A stretch of 24,000 bases of DNA from Bacteroidales bacterium (GTDB lineage: Bacteria; Bacteroidota; Bacteroidia; Bacteroidales; P3): assembly GCA_963678155.1 (NCBI GenBank), contig OY782678.1:345724-369723 (forward strand), read 5' to 3'. Shown here one piece after another: positions 16,000-23,995 of this stretch (position 1 is the first letter of the stretch; each line of letters begins with the position of its first letter). Position numbers and translations under genes: made by a program. Below the pieces are notes generated by a model. That model was not told the DNA's origin. It did not search any database and worked only from the letters and a program-made list of their open reading frames with translations.

Positions 16000-17211
16000 T
16001 TATAATGTAATTGAATAATACCCTTCTACAAGGTTTTTCACAATGTAATCAATTTGTTGATCTGTTAGTTGAGGATAGATAGGTAGAGAAATTTCTCTTT
16101 TATAAGAATCATATGCTACAGGATAGTCTTCTATTTTATAGCCTAAGTTCTTAAAAAGAGTAAGCATTGGCATTGGGATATAGTGTACATTTGTTGCAAT
16201 ATCTTTTTCTGCCATGTATTGTATTAACTTATCTCTTTGATCTTCTGTTATTGGGTTTATTCTCAAAGGATATAAATGGTATGACGTTTTAAGGCATTCT
16301 CTATCTTGTTCTGGGAGAATTGCCCAATGATATTCTTTTAATAATGTAGAATATCTATCATAAACGCGTTTCCTTTCAGACAATAAATAATCATATTTTC
16401 TTAGTTGTGCTAAGGCAATTGCTGCATTTACATCTGGAAGATTAATCTTCATTCCATGAGCTATGATATCATAACGCCAAGCTCCTGCCTGTGTTTTTGA
16501 GAAAGCGTCTTTTGTTTGACCATTAAGAGAAAGGATTCTTATTTCTTTATATAGTTCATCATTATCGAAAGGTTCTGGGAAGTTTAAGCAAATTGCACCA
16601 CCTTCAGCTGAGGTTAGGTTCTTTACGGCATGAAGAGAAAGAACAGCAACATCAACTTGTTGTGTTATGGTTTTGTTGTTAAGAGTTGCTCCAAGTGAAT
16701 GTGCAGAATCGGAAATAAGTAATATTCTACCTAATTTCTTTTGGTTAATGGAAGTAGGGTTAAATTGTTCTTTTACTTCTTTAGAACAAATCAATTCCAT
16801 TATTTTTTCATATTCACATGGGACACCACCTAAATCTACTGGGAGTATTGCTTTTGTACGAGGAGTAATTGCTTGTTTTATCTTTTCAACATCAATAGTT
16901 AAGTTACTATTAATATCAACCATTACGGGTTTTCCTCCTGCATCCATTACAGCCATAGCTGTTGCACAATATGTATAACAAGGAACAATTACTTCATCAC
17001 CTTCTTTTAATCCAAGCCAACGCAACATTAATATTGCACCAGATGTCCATGAATTAACGCAATTTACTCTTTTTGCCTTACAAAGTTCTTCTAAGCCTTT
17101 TTCTAAGGCAGCAACTTTAGGTCCTGTTGTTATCCAGCCTGATAATAAGCTTTCATTAACTTCTTTTATTACATCGTCATCGATGTAGGGAGGGGAAAAA
17201 GGTATCTTCAT
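16000..17211 (-). CDS. DegT/DnrJ/EryC1/StrS-family PLP-dependent sugar aminotransferase (PglE/WcfR-like)
   Basis: 403 aa. N-terminus FSPPYIDDDVIKEVNESLLSGWITTGPKV, and a PLP-lysine context SLHAVKNLTSAEGGAI. Its ATG directly abuts the frr stop codon. Confidence 0.85.
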   Translation of the reverse strand: MKIPFSPPYIDDDVIKEVNESLLSGWITTGPKVAALEKGLEELCKAKRVNCVNSWTSGAILMLRWLGLKEGDEVIVPCYTYCATAMAVMDAGGKPVMVDINSNLTIDVEKIKQAITPRTKAILPVDLGGVPCEYEKIMELICSKEVKEQFNPTSINQKKLGRILLISDSAHSLGATLNNKTITQQVDVAVLSLHAVKNLTSAEGGAICLNFPEPFDNDELYKEIRILSLNGQTKDAFSKTQAGAWRYDIIAHGMKINLPDVNAAIALAQLRKYDYLLSERKRVYDRYSTLLKEYHWAILPEQDRECLKTSYHLYPLRINPITEDQRDKLIQYMAEKDIATNVHYIPMPMLTLFKNLGYKIEDYPVAYDSYKREISLPIYPQLTDQQIDYIVKNLVEGYYSITL

Positions 17212-17775
17212 TTAAATAGACATTATTTCTTTTTCCTTAACAGATAATTGAACATCTGCTTCTTTAATATATTTTTCTGTAAGAACTTCGATTTCTTTTT
17301 CAATAACCTTTATCTCATCTTCTGAAACACCTTGATCTTTTAATTTCTTAATCTTATCAATTATGCTACGTCTTACATTACGAATGCTAACTTTAGTATC
17401 TTCAGATTCAGCTTTTCCTCTCTTAACAAGTTCTCTTCGTCTTTCTTCTGTAACCGGAGGAAGAGTAATTCTTAAAGTATCGCCTTCAAACTTAGGAGTA
17501 AAACCAAGATTAGCAGCTAAGATTGCTTTGTCGATAGGAGATAACATAGTTTTTTCCCAAGGTTGTATAATAATTTGTTTTGGGTCTGGAGTAGAAATAT
17601 TTGCAACTTGATCAATTGGAGTTGGATTACCATAATAATCAACTTTTATTCCTTCTAACATTGAAGGAGAAGCTTTTCCCGCTTTAATTTTGTGCATCGA
17701 TATTTCAAGAAAACTTAAAGCCCCCTGCATATTAGTTTTGCACTCTTCAACTAATTGTTTCGATAAATCTGTCAT
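17212..17775 (-). CDS. frr: Ribosome recycling factor
   Basis: 187 aa. KIKAGKASPSMLEGIKVDYYG, ITLPPVTEERRRELVK and IRNVRR are canonical Frr motifs. Confidence 0.95.
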   Translation of the reverse strand: MTDLSKQLVEECKTNMQGALSFLEISMHKIKAGKASPSMLEGIKVDYYGNPTPIDQVANISTPDPKQIIIQPWEKTMLSPIDKAILAANLGFTPKFEGDTLRITLPPVTEERRRELVKRGKAESEDTKVSIRNVRRSIIDKIKKLKDQGVSEDEIKVIEKEIEVLTEKYIKEADVQLSVKEKEIMSI

Positions 17776-17794
17776 AATATATTTGTTTTATTAA

Positions 17795-18229
17795 TTAAAT
17801 TCTAATTGCTGTTCGTGTATAACTTTCTGAATAGTCATTTTCTGTTGTAATTTTAAATTTAAAAGTTATTTGATCAGAATCGTCCAAGGTAGCAGTACCT
17901 TTTATTTTATATATTCCTATTTGTTGTTCATAAGAAGCGGTTGTAGAAACTACTGTTGCGGAAATAGAATAAGAAGAATATAACCCAAAAAGTTCTCCAC
18001 TAATAATAATCTTATTTTCATCGTTAGGATCTACTTTTATTGTACCTGAATTAGTCTTCATTCCTGATGATAAATTGCTTTTAGTTTGAGGGAAGACCAC
18101 TTCTTCGTTAAAACGCCAGTTCCCATTCCAATCTGAAGAAGCAGATGTCGAATCAGCAGCGCATGAAGAAAAAATTAATGTTATAGAAACAAGTAAAATA
18201 CTGAATAATGGAATGATTTTATTTTTCAT
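17795..18229 (-). CDS. Small lipoprotein, unknown function
   Basis: 144 aa. Signal plus lipobox (LVSITLIFSSC). The mature part is beta-rich (WNGNWRFNEEV…YKIKGTATLDD…FKFKITTE). It ends 19 nt upstream of frr on the same strand. Confidence 0.6.
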   Translation of the reverse strand: MKNKIIPLFSILLVSITLIFSSCAADSTSASSDWNGNWRFNEEVVFPQTKSNLSSGMKTNSGTIKVDPNDENKIIISGELFGLYSSYSISATVVSTTASYEQQIGIYKIKGTATLDDSDQITFKFKITTENDYSESYTRTAIRI

Positions 18230-18260
18230 TTTCTTAGAATTGTTATTACGTTTTAATGTG

Positions 18261-18268
18261 CAAATATA
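18261..18268 (-). promoter_or_regulatory. Candidate -7 box (TATATTTG) for the lipoprotein-frr operon
   Basis: The minus strand reads TATATTTG 32-39 nt upstream of the ATG at 18229, back to back with the pssA box in the divergent 130-bp region. Confidence 0.3.
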
Positions 18269-18332
18269 ATCAAATAACGACTAATTGAGTATAAAAAGTG
18301 TTGAAATAATGTGATACTTTGTAATAAATGAG

Positions 18333-18340
18333 TAATTTTG
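18333..18340 (+). promoter_or_regulatory. Candidate -7 box (TAATTTTG) for pssA
   Basis: TAATTTTG ends 21 nt upstream of the ATG at 18362. It overlaps the TTG (18338) that the ORF track used as a start, which argues for the ATG. Confidence 0.3.
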
Positions 18341-18361
18341 AAGCTTGAAAAAAGAGAGAAA

Positions 18362-19117
18362 ATGATAAAAAAGCAAATTCCAAACACAATAACCCTATTA
18401 AATCTACTATGTGGAATCCTTTCAATTTACACACTTTATACAACAGAAAGCTTAATTCTACCCTCTGTCTTTATTATCTTTGGAGCATTGTTTGACTTCT
18501 GTGATGGTTTAACAGCTCGATTACTAAAAGCATATTCAAATGTAGGTAAAGAATTAGATTCTCTTGCCGACGTAGTAACATTTGGGGTAGCACCAAGTTT
18601 GATAGCTGTTGATTTATTAAAAGAATTCTATGGATCAAGTTCGATATTAGCAAATTATTCATTTGTTGTATTTATTCCATTGTTTATGGCTTTGATGTCG
18701 GCTTATCGTTTAGCAAAATTTAATATTGATGAACGTCAAACTTCTGGATTTATAGGAGTTCCAACACCAGCGAATGCATTAATATGGCTTTCTTTACCTA
18801 TAATTTATTCTCTTGAGAGTACAAACACTCACCTATGGGGAATACCTTGTCAAGAATTCTATACAACACTAACTGCATTTTTACTAAATCCACTAACAAT
18901 TATTTTTGGCTCAATCTTAATGTCTTTCTTGCTTGTTTCAGAGTTACCACTCTTTGCTTTAAAATTCAAGAATCTTAAATGGAAAGACAATAAAGAAAAA
19001 TTTATTTTCCTGATAATAGCATTATTACTTATATTTGCATTTAATTTTTATGCATTCCCATTTGTAATAATAATATATATAATCGAATCATTAATAATAA
19101 ACACAATAAAGAAATGA
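18362..19117 (+). CDS. pssA: CDP-alcohol phosphatidyltransferase, probably CDP-diacylglycerol-serine O-phosphatidyltransferase
   Basis: Complete D-G-x2-A-R-x8-G-x3-D-x3-D motif (DFCDGLTARLLKAYSNVGKELDSLADVV) in a polytopic membrane protein of about 250 aa. The start is moved from the TTG at 18338 to the first ATG (MIKKQIPN). Confidence 0.7.
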   Translation: MIKKQIPNTITLLNLLCGILSIYTLYTTESLILPSVFIIFGALFDFCDGLTARLLKAYSNVGKELDSLADVVTFGVAPSLIAVDLLKEFYGSSSILANYSFVVFIPLFMALMSAYRLAKFNIDERQTSGFIGVPTPANALIWLSLPIIYSLESTNTHLWGIPCQEFYTTLTAFLLNPLTIIFGSILMSFLLVSELPLFALKFKNLKWKDNKEKFIFLIIALLLIFAFNFYAFPFVIIIYIIESLIINTIKK

Positions 19118-19365
19118 AATTTAATGCTGAAATCGATGTAATGCCTTTGAAGGCTTTATTAGATCCACAAGGAAAAGCTGTAACCTCTTCAATGGGAAAT
19201 ATTGGCTTAGGACAAATATCTAACGTAAGAATAGGGAAACATATCACATTAGAAGTTGAAGCTTCATCAAAAGAAGAAGCAACTGCATTAGTTGATAAAG
19301 CTTGCAAAGACTTACTTCATAATCCAATAATGGAAAACTATACGTTTAATTTAGTTGAAGCATAA
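19114..19365 (+). CDS. purS: Phosphoribosylformylglycinamidine synthase subunit PurS
   Basis: 83 aa. MKFNAEIDVMPLKALLDPQGKAV…VRIGKHITLEVEA…LLHNPIMENY matches the PurS family. Its start forms an ATGA overlap with the pssA stop. Confidence 0.85.
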   Translation: MKFNAEIDVMPLKALLDPQGKAVTSSMGNIGLGQISNVRIGKHITLEVEASSKEEATALVDKACKDLLHNPIMENYTFNLVEA

Positions 19366-19368
19366 ACT

Positions 19369-20586
19369 ATGATTGGCAAGTCATTAGACATTGCTATTGC
19401 TGATTTTGATTACCATTTGCCAGAGGAGAGAATTGCAAAATTCCCTTTGGCAGAAAGAGATAAAGCAAAGCTATTAGTGCTAAGGAAAGAGGCAATTTCA
19501 GAGATTCCATTCTTTGAGTTGCCTCAAATTTTAGATGAAAATACATTACTCATATATAATGATACAAAAGTAGTTCACGCCAGACTATTTTTTAAGAAAG
19601 AAACAGGCTCAGTAATAGAAGTATTCTGTCTTGAACCTACAGACCCTAATGAAATTCAAATAGCTTTTGCTCAAAGAGGAGTAGGTCGTTGGAAATGCTT
19701 TATAGGCAATAATAAGAAATGGAAACAAGGTCAACTAACTAAGACTATAGAATATGAAGGTAAAACAATAATCCTCCATGCTGAAAGAGAAAAACAAGTT
19801 GATAATGCGTGGATAGTTAAATTTACTTGGACAGATCAGTATTCTTTTGCAGAAGTCTTAGCACTTATGGGAGTAATTCCACTTCCACCATATCTTAATC
19901 GTGAAGCTCGTAAAGAAGATAACGATGATTATCAAACAATCTATGCTAATGAAGATGGTTCTGTTGCAGCTCCGACAGCTGGATTACATTTTACGGAAAA
20001 GACATTTAAAGATCTTGAAGCAAAAAAGATAAAATCAAGTTTTGTTACTCTTCATGTTGGGGCAGGAACATTTAAACCAGTAACAACTGATTTTATTGCA
20101 GAACATGTAATGCATACAGAAAAGATAACTGTAACTAAACAAGTAATTCAAGATTTAATTGACTATATAGATAAAAAGATTGTTTGTGTAGGAACAACAT
20201 CTGTTCGTACAATTGAAAGTTTGTATTGGTATGGTGTAAAATTAATTGAAGATAAAAAAACAGAGACAGATATTAATGTTTTGCAATGGGAGCCTTATCA
20301 AAAACATCAAACTATAGATGCTAAAGAGGCTCTTCAGGCAATTATTGATAGAATGAATAAAGAAGGAATAACCTTACTTTGTGGACAAACTCAAATAATT
20401 ATTGCTCCAAGCTATAAATATAGAATAGTAAAAGCAATGGTAACAAATTTCCACCAGCCTAAAAGTACTTTATTATTATTAGTTTCTGCGATGATAGGTG
20501 AAAAATGGAAAGAATGTTATAAATTTGCTTTGGCAAATGATTTTCGTTTTCTTTCATTTGGAGATGCATGTTATTTTGAACCATAA
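19369..20586 (+). CDS. queA: S-adenosylmethionine:tRNA ribosyltransferase-isomerase (long form)
   Basis: 405 aa. DYHLPEERIAKFP, IPLPPYL, VAAPTAGLHFT, TLHVGAGTFKPV, VGTTSVRTIES, VTNFHQPKSTLLLLVSA and FLSFGDA are all QueA blocks. It is about 50 aa longer than canonical enzymes. Confidence 0.85.
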   Translation: MIGKSLDIAIADFDYHLPEERIAKFPLAERDKAKLLVLRKEAISEIPFFELPQILDENTLLIYNDTKVVHARLFFKKETGSVIEVFCLEPTDPNEIQIAFAQRGVGRWKCFIGNNKKWKQGQLTKTIEYEGKTIILHAEREKQVDNAWIVKFTWTDQYSFAEVLALMGVIPLPPYLNREARKEDNDDYQTIYANEDGSVAAPTAGLHFTEKTFKDLEAKKIKSSFVTLHVGAGTFKPVTTDFIAEHVMHTEKITVTKQVIQDLIDYIDKKIVCVGTTSVRTIESLYWYGVKLIEDKKTETDINVLQWEPYQKHQTIDAKEALQAIIDRMNKEGITLLCGQTQIIIAPSYKYRIVKAMVTNFHQPKSTLLLLVSAMIGEKWKECYKFALANDFRFLSFGDACYFEP

Positions 20587-20598
20587 AAACAATATATT

Positions 20599-21303
20599 AT
20601 GAAATACAGAAGGATATTATTAAAACTTAGTGGAGAATCATTAATGGGGGAACAAGAATATGGTATTTCTCCAGAAATGCTTTCTCAATATGCAAAAGAA
20701 ATAAAACAAGCCAAAGAAAAAGGTTGTGAGATCGGAATTGTTATTGGTGGAGGAAATATATTTCGTGGTCTTCAAGGTGCATCAAAAGGAATGGATAGAG
20801 TTCAAGGCGATTATATGGGAATGATGGCAACACTTATTAATTCAATGGCGCTTCAAGGAGAATTAGAAAAGCAAGGAGTAAAGACAGAATTGCTTTCAGG
20901 TCTTGCTATTGAACCAATTTGTAAAGAACATTCTCGTGCAAGAGCTAAACAAGCAATGGAAGAAGGAAAGGTTGTAATAATAGGTGGAGGAACAGGAAAT
21001 CCCTACTTTACAACAGATACTGCTTCAGCTCTTCGTGCAATTGAAATAGAAGCAGATATAATTCTAAAAGGCACAAGAGTTGATGGGGTATATACTGCTG
21101 ACCCAGAGAAAGACCTATCTGCTACTAAATACTCAGAACTAAGTTTTGAAGAAGCTTTATCAAAAAGATTAAAGATAATGGACTTAACAGCATTTGCACT
21201 TTGTCAAGAAAATAATCTCCCAATTTATGTCTTTGATATGAATAAGGAAGGCAATCTTCAAAAGGTTGTTATGGGAGAACATATAGGTACATTAGTGAAA
21301 TAG
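20599..21303 (+). CDS. pyrH: UMP kinase
   Basis: 234 aa. RILLKLSGESL, VIGGGNIFRG, GGTGNPYFTTDTASALRA and GVYTADP are canonical PyrH motifs. Confidence 0.95.
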   Translation: MKYRRILLKLSGESLMGEQEYGISPEMLSQYAKEIKQAKEKGCEIGIVIGGGNIFRGLQGASKGMDRVQGDYMGMMATLINSMALQGELEKQGVKTELLSGLAIEPICKEHSRARAKQAMEEGKVVIIGGGTGNPYFTTDTASALRAIEIEADIILKGTRVDGVYTADPEKDLSATKYSELSFEEALSKRLKIMDLTAFALCQENNLPIYVFDMNKEGNLQKVVMGEHIGTLVK

Positions 21304-21326
21304 TTGGAACTTATTATTATTTTGCC

Positions 21327-21334
21327 TATTTTTG
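21327..21334 (+). promoter_or_regulatory. Candidate -7 box (TATTTTTG) for the C69 peptidase gene
   Basis: TATTTTTG matches TAnnTTTG and ends 52 nt upstream of the ATG at 21387, in the 83-bp gap after pyrH. Confidence 0.3.
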
Positions 21335-21386
21335 CCCCCTTATTGACGCAATAAAAACAAATTCAATAATATAATTAATAACAGAG

Positions 21387-23192
21387 ATGAACAAATTCAG
21401 AAAATTACTTTCAGTGATGTTTGCTACTGCAATGGTAGCATCTTCAGTATCATCTTTTGCTTGCACAAATTTCCTTATAACAAAGGGTGCATCAAAAGAC
21501 GGCTCAACAATGGTTACTTATGCAGCCGATTCACATGTATTATATGGCGAACTTTATTATAGAAAAGCAGCTAACTATCCAGCAGGGACAATGTTACAAA
21601 TTGTTGATTGGGATTCAGGTAGAAAATTAATACAAATACCTCAAATAGCACATACTTATACAACTGTTGGAAATTCTAATGAATGGGGTGTAACAATAAC
21701 AGAAACTACTTATGGTGGACGTTTAGAACTTGAAGACACAACAGGAGGAATAGATTATGGCTCATTAATGTTTATAACTCTTCAAAGAGCAAAAACTGCA
21801 CGTGAAGCGATTAAACAAATAGCAGAATGGGTAGAAACTTATGGTTATGCTTCAGAAGGAGAGTCTTTGTCAATAGCTGATGCTAATGAAGTATGGATAT
21901 TAGAAATAATTGCAAAGGGTAATAATCCAGAAATAAGTACTGATAAAGATGGAAAAATAATAAAAGATAAAAAAGGAAATCCAGTAATAAATAAAAACAT
22001 AAAACATGGAGCTGTATGGGTTGCAATGAAAGTTCCTGATGGATACATTTCAGGTCATGCAAACCAAGCTCGCATTACAACCTTTCCTCAAGAAGTAAAG
22101 AAAAGCTTCAAATCAATTTCATCAAAGAACTTAAAAGAAATATTCCGTCCAGAAGTAGAAGTTGTTTATGCAGAAGATGTAATTAAATTTGCAAAGCATA
22201 AAGGATATTATAATGGAGAAGATAAAGATTTTTCATTCTCTGATACTTATGCACCACTTACATTTAGTGGAGTAAGAGGATGTGAAGCAAGAGTATATGC
22301 AGCATTTCTTCGTTGTAATAAATCAATGATAGCTTATGAAGATTATGCAATGGGTAAAAACTTTAATCATCGTATGCCATTATGGATTAAACCAGATGCA
22401 AAACTAACAGTGAAAGATGTAATGGAACTTATGCGTGACCATTATGAAGGAACACCAATGGATATGAGATATGATTTAGGTGCAGGTCCTTTCAATTGCC
22501 CTTACCGTTGGAGACCAATGGATTTTGAAGTAAATGGACAAAAATATGTTCATGAAAGAGCAACATCAACACAACAAACAGGTTTTTCCCTTGTAGCACA
22601 AGCAAGAAGTTGGATGCCAGAAGGAGCACAAGGAATACTTTGGTTTGGAGTTGATGATACTTATTCTTCTGTATATGTTCCAATGTACACAAATATACTT
22701 AAAGCTCCAGAAAACTTCCGTGAAGGAAATGGAAATATGACAACATATTCTGAAACTTCAGCATTCTGGATATTCAATCAAGTAAGTAATTTTGCATATT
22801 CTCGTTATTCAGATATGATTGTTGATATTCGTGCAAAACAAGCAGAATTAGAAGGTCAATTTATAAAAGATGTATCTGAATTTGATGGAAAACTTCAAAT
22901 GTTAGCAAAAGAAGGAAAAATAGATGAAATGAGATCAGATATGACAGGATTCTCATCGGACAAAGCAGGTCAAACATTTAAGACATGGAAGAAACTAAGC
23001 CAATATCTATTAGTTAAATATATGGATGGAAACGTTAAGAAAGAAAAAGACGGTAAATTTATAGAAAGTCCATATCGTGCAGGTCAAAGTGTATTCCCAG
23101 AACAAAGACCATATAAGAAAGAGTGGTATGAAATGATAGTAAAAGATCATGGTGATATAATTAAAATACCAGCAGGTGCTCCAACTCACTAA
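21387..23192 (+). CDS. Family C69 dipeptidase (N-terminal-nucleophile cysteine peptidase), secreted
   Basis: 601 aa. A signal peptide ends at …SSFA, immediately followed by CTNFLITKGASKDGSTMVTYAADS (nucleophile Cys at the mature N-terminus, typical for C69). Confidence 0.8.
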   Translation: MNKFRKLLSVMFATAMVASSVSSFACTNFLITKGASKDGSTMVTYAADSHVLYGELYYRKAANYPAGTMLQIVDWDSGRKLIQIPQIAHTYTTVGNSNEWGVTITETTYGGRLELEDTTGGIDYGSLMFITLQRAKTAREAIKQIAEWVETYGYASEGESLSIADANEVWILEIIAKGNNPEISTDKDGKIIKDKKGNPVINKNIKHGAVWVAMKVPDGYISGHANQARITTFPQEVKKSFKSISSKNLKEIFRPEVEVVYAEDVIKFAKHKGYYNGEDKDFSFSDTYAPLTFSGVRGCEARVYAAFLRCNKSMIAYEDYAMGKNFNHRMPLWIKPDAKLTVKDVMELMRDHYEGTPMDMRYDLGAGPFNCPYRWRPMDFEVNGQKYVHERATSTQQTGFSLVAQARSWMPEGAQGILWFGVDDTYSSVYVPMYTNILKAPENFREGNGNMTTYSETSAFWIFNQVSNFAYSRYSDMIVDIRAKQAELEGQFIKDVSEFDGKLQMLAKEGKIDEMRSDMTGFSSDKAGQTFKTWKKLSQYLLVKYMDGNVKKEKDGKFIESPYRAGQSVFPEQRPYKKEWYEMIVKDHGDIIKIPAGAPTH

Positions 23193-23215
23193 TCTATAGA
23201 ATCAAAAGACTTATC

Positions 23216-23253
23216 AAAAAGGACAAAGGTTTAAATACTTTTGTCCTTTTTTT
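23216..23253 (+). terminator. Intrinsic terminator after the C69 peptidase gene (possibly bidirectional)
   Basis: Stem AAAGGACAAA (23218-23227) pairs with TTTGTCCTTT (23240-23249) across a 12-nt loop, followed by a T-run to 23253. It starts 24 nt after the stop. An A-run precedes it, so it could also act on the minus strand. Confidence 0.6.
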
Positions 23254-23261
23254 GTGAAAAT

Positions 23262-23345
23262 AAAGTAGCTCTTTCCAAAATTAAAGCTCTCCTTTTTCAA
23301 ATTATATAAACTCTTTCTGAATTTATATGGAGTATAATTCCAATT
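23262..23345 (+). repeat. Four tandem 21-bp units (core CTCTTTC[C/T].AA[A/T]TT)
   Basis: Units: 23262 AAAGTAGCTCTTTCCAAAATT, 23283 AAAGCTCTCCTTTTTCAAATT, 23304 ATATAAACTCTTTCTGAATTT, 23325 ATATGGAGTATAATTCCAATT. Unit 4 is weak. The array starts directly after the terminator, in a convergent intergenic region. Confidence 0.5.
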
Positions 23346-23473
23346 ACCCTTTATTTATTTATAGATTATCTAAATTGTTAGCCTAATATTCTTTATCCCC
23401 CTGGAATTTTACATTAACCCGTAAATAGCTTGTTAAACTTACCAGACAACAATAATTTGTGAATAAAAAAGTG

Positions 23474-23995
23474 CTACTTCTTTATAATTGTTGCTATACA
23501 TCTAAATCCTATTGGAGAACCCTTAGTATTTAACGTATTTTCAATTGTATATTCATCAACATTATCAGTAATACCTCTTATTTTCCCTCTTTCCTTATTT
23601 TTTAATTTAGATAATGGAGGATCCTTTGTTATTTTGGCATAAGAAATAGCCTTTTCATAATCTTGTTTTGAAGGTAAAGAAAATATTATTTTTGAGACTC
23701 CCTTCACTTTATAACAACATATCTCTGTTCTCCATTTACAATAATCAATACATTGTTGATATGAAATGCCAATCATTGGATAATCAGAACAATCCATTTT
23801 ATTTTTTGTGGCTTCTTTAGTAAAAGCAATATTGTTTTTTGTAGGTGAATAGTAAAAATATTTATTATAATACTTATCAAATATGATGGTATCAAAAATT
23901 GTAGAAATAAATTCTTTCGAATTTTCTCCATATTTGCGTCTTGTATCATACTGATACTCTCTCCAAGCATTTATTGAGATTTCAGTATTATCCAT
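23474..23995 (-). CDS. Short SUMF1/FGE-sulfatase-fold family protein (about 173 aa)
   Basis: YPMIGISYQQCIDYCKWRT resembles the HPVxxVSWxDAxAYCxW block. FSLPSKQDYEKA resembles RLPTEAEWEYA. The C-terminal GFRCIA resembles GFRC[VA]. The ATG lies 5 nt from the window edge, so an upstream extension cannot be excluded. Confidence 0.5.
   Translation of the reverse strand: MDNTEISINAWREYQYDTRRKYGENSKEFISTIFDTIIFDKYYNKYFYYSPTKNNIAFTKEATKNKMDCSDYPMIGISYQQCIDYCKWRTEICCYKVKGVSKIIFSLPSKQDYEKAISYAKITKDPPLSKLKNKERGKIRGITDNVDEYTIENTLNTKGSPIGFRCIATIIKK

Noticed and set aside
18338-18361. TTG start at 18338 for pssA, as given by the ORF track
   Set aside because: The TTG lies inside a TAATTTTG -7-like box. 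The first ATG (18362, MIKKQIPN…) gives a normal N-terminus for this family, and the extra 8 residues (KLEKREK) add nothing recognisable.
10996-23345. The two repeat arrays as left and right ends of a 12-kb mobile element
   Set aside because: Both arrays are in the same orientation rather than inverted. The interval is full of core genes (folE, frr, pssA, purS, queA, pyrH) with core-like composition, and no integrase or transposase is present.
1029-23970. Track ORFs nested inside or antisense to larger, well-supported genes (1029-1247, 4987-5304, 5918-6103, 7679-7891, 9063-9263, 14050-14427, 15483-15836, 16667-16978, 17363-17611, 18474-18662, 19041-19307, 21845-22048, 22492-22692, 23773-23970)
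   Set aside because: Each lies within or overlaps a longer ORF with clear family motifs. Their translations are low-complexity or compositionally biased shadow frames. None has independent start or promoter support.
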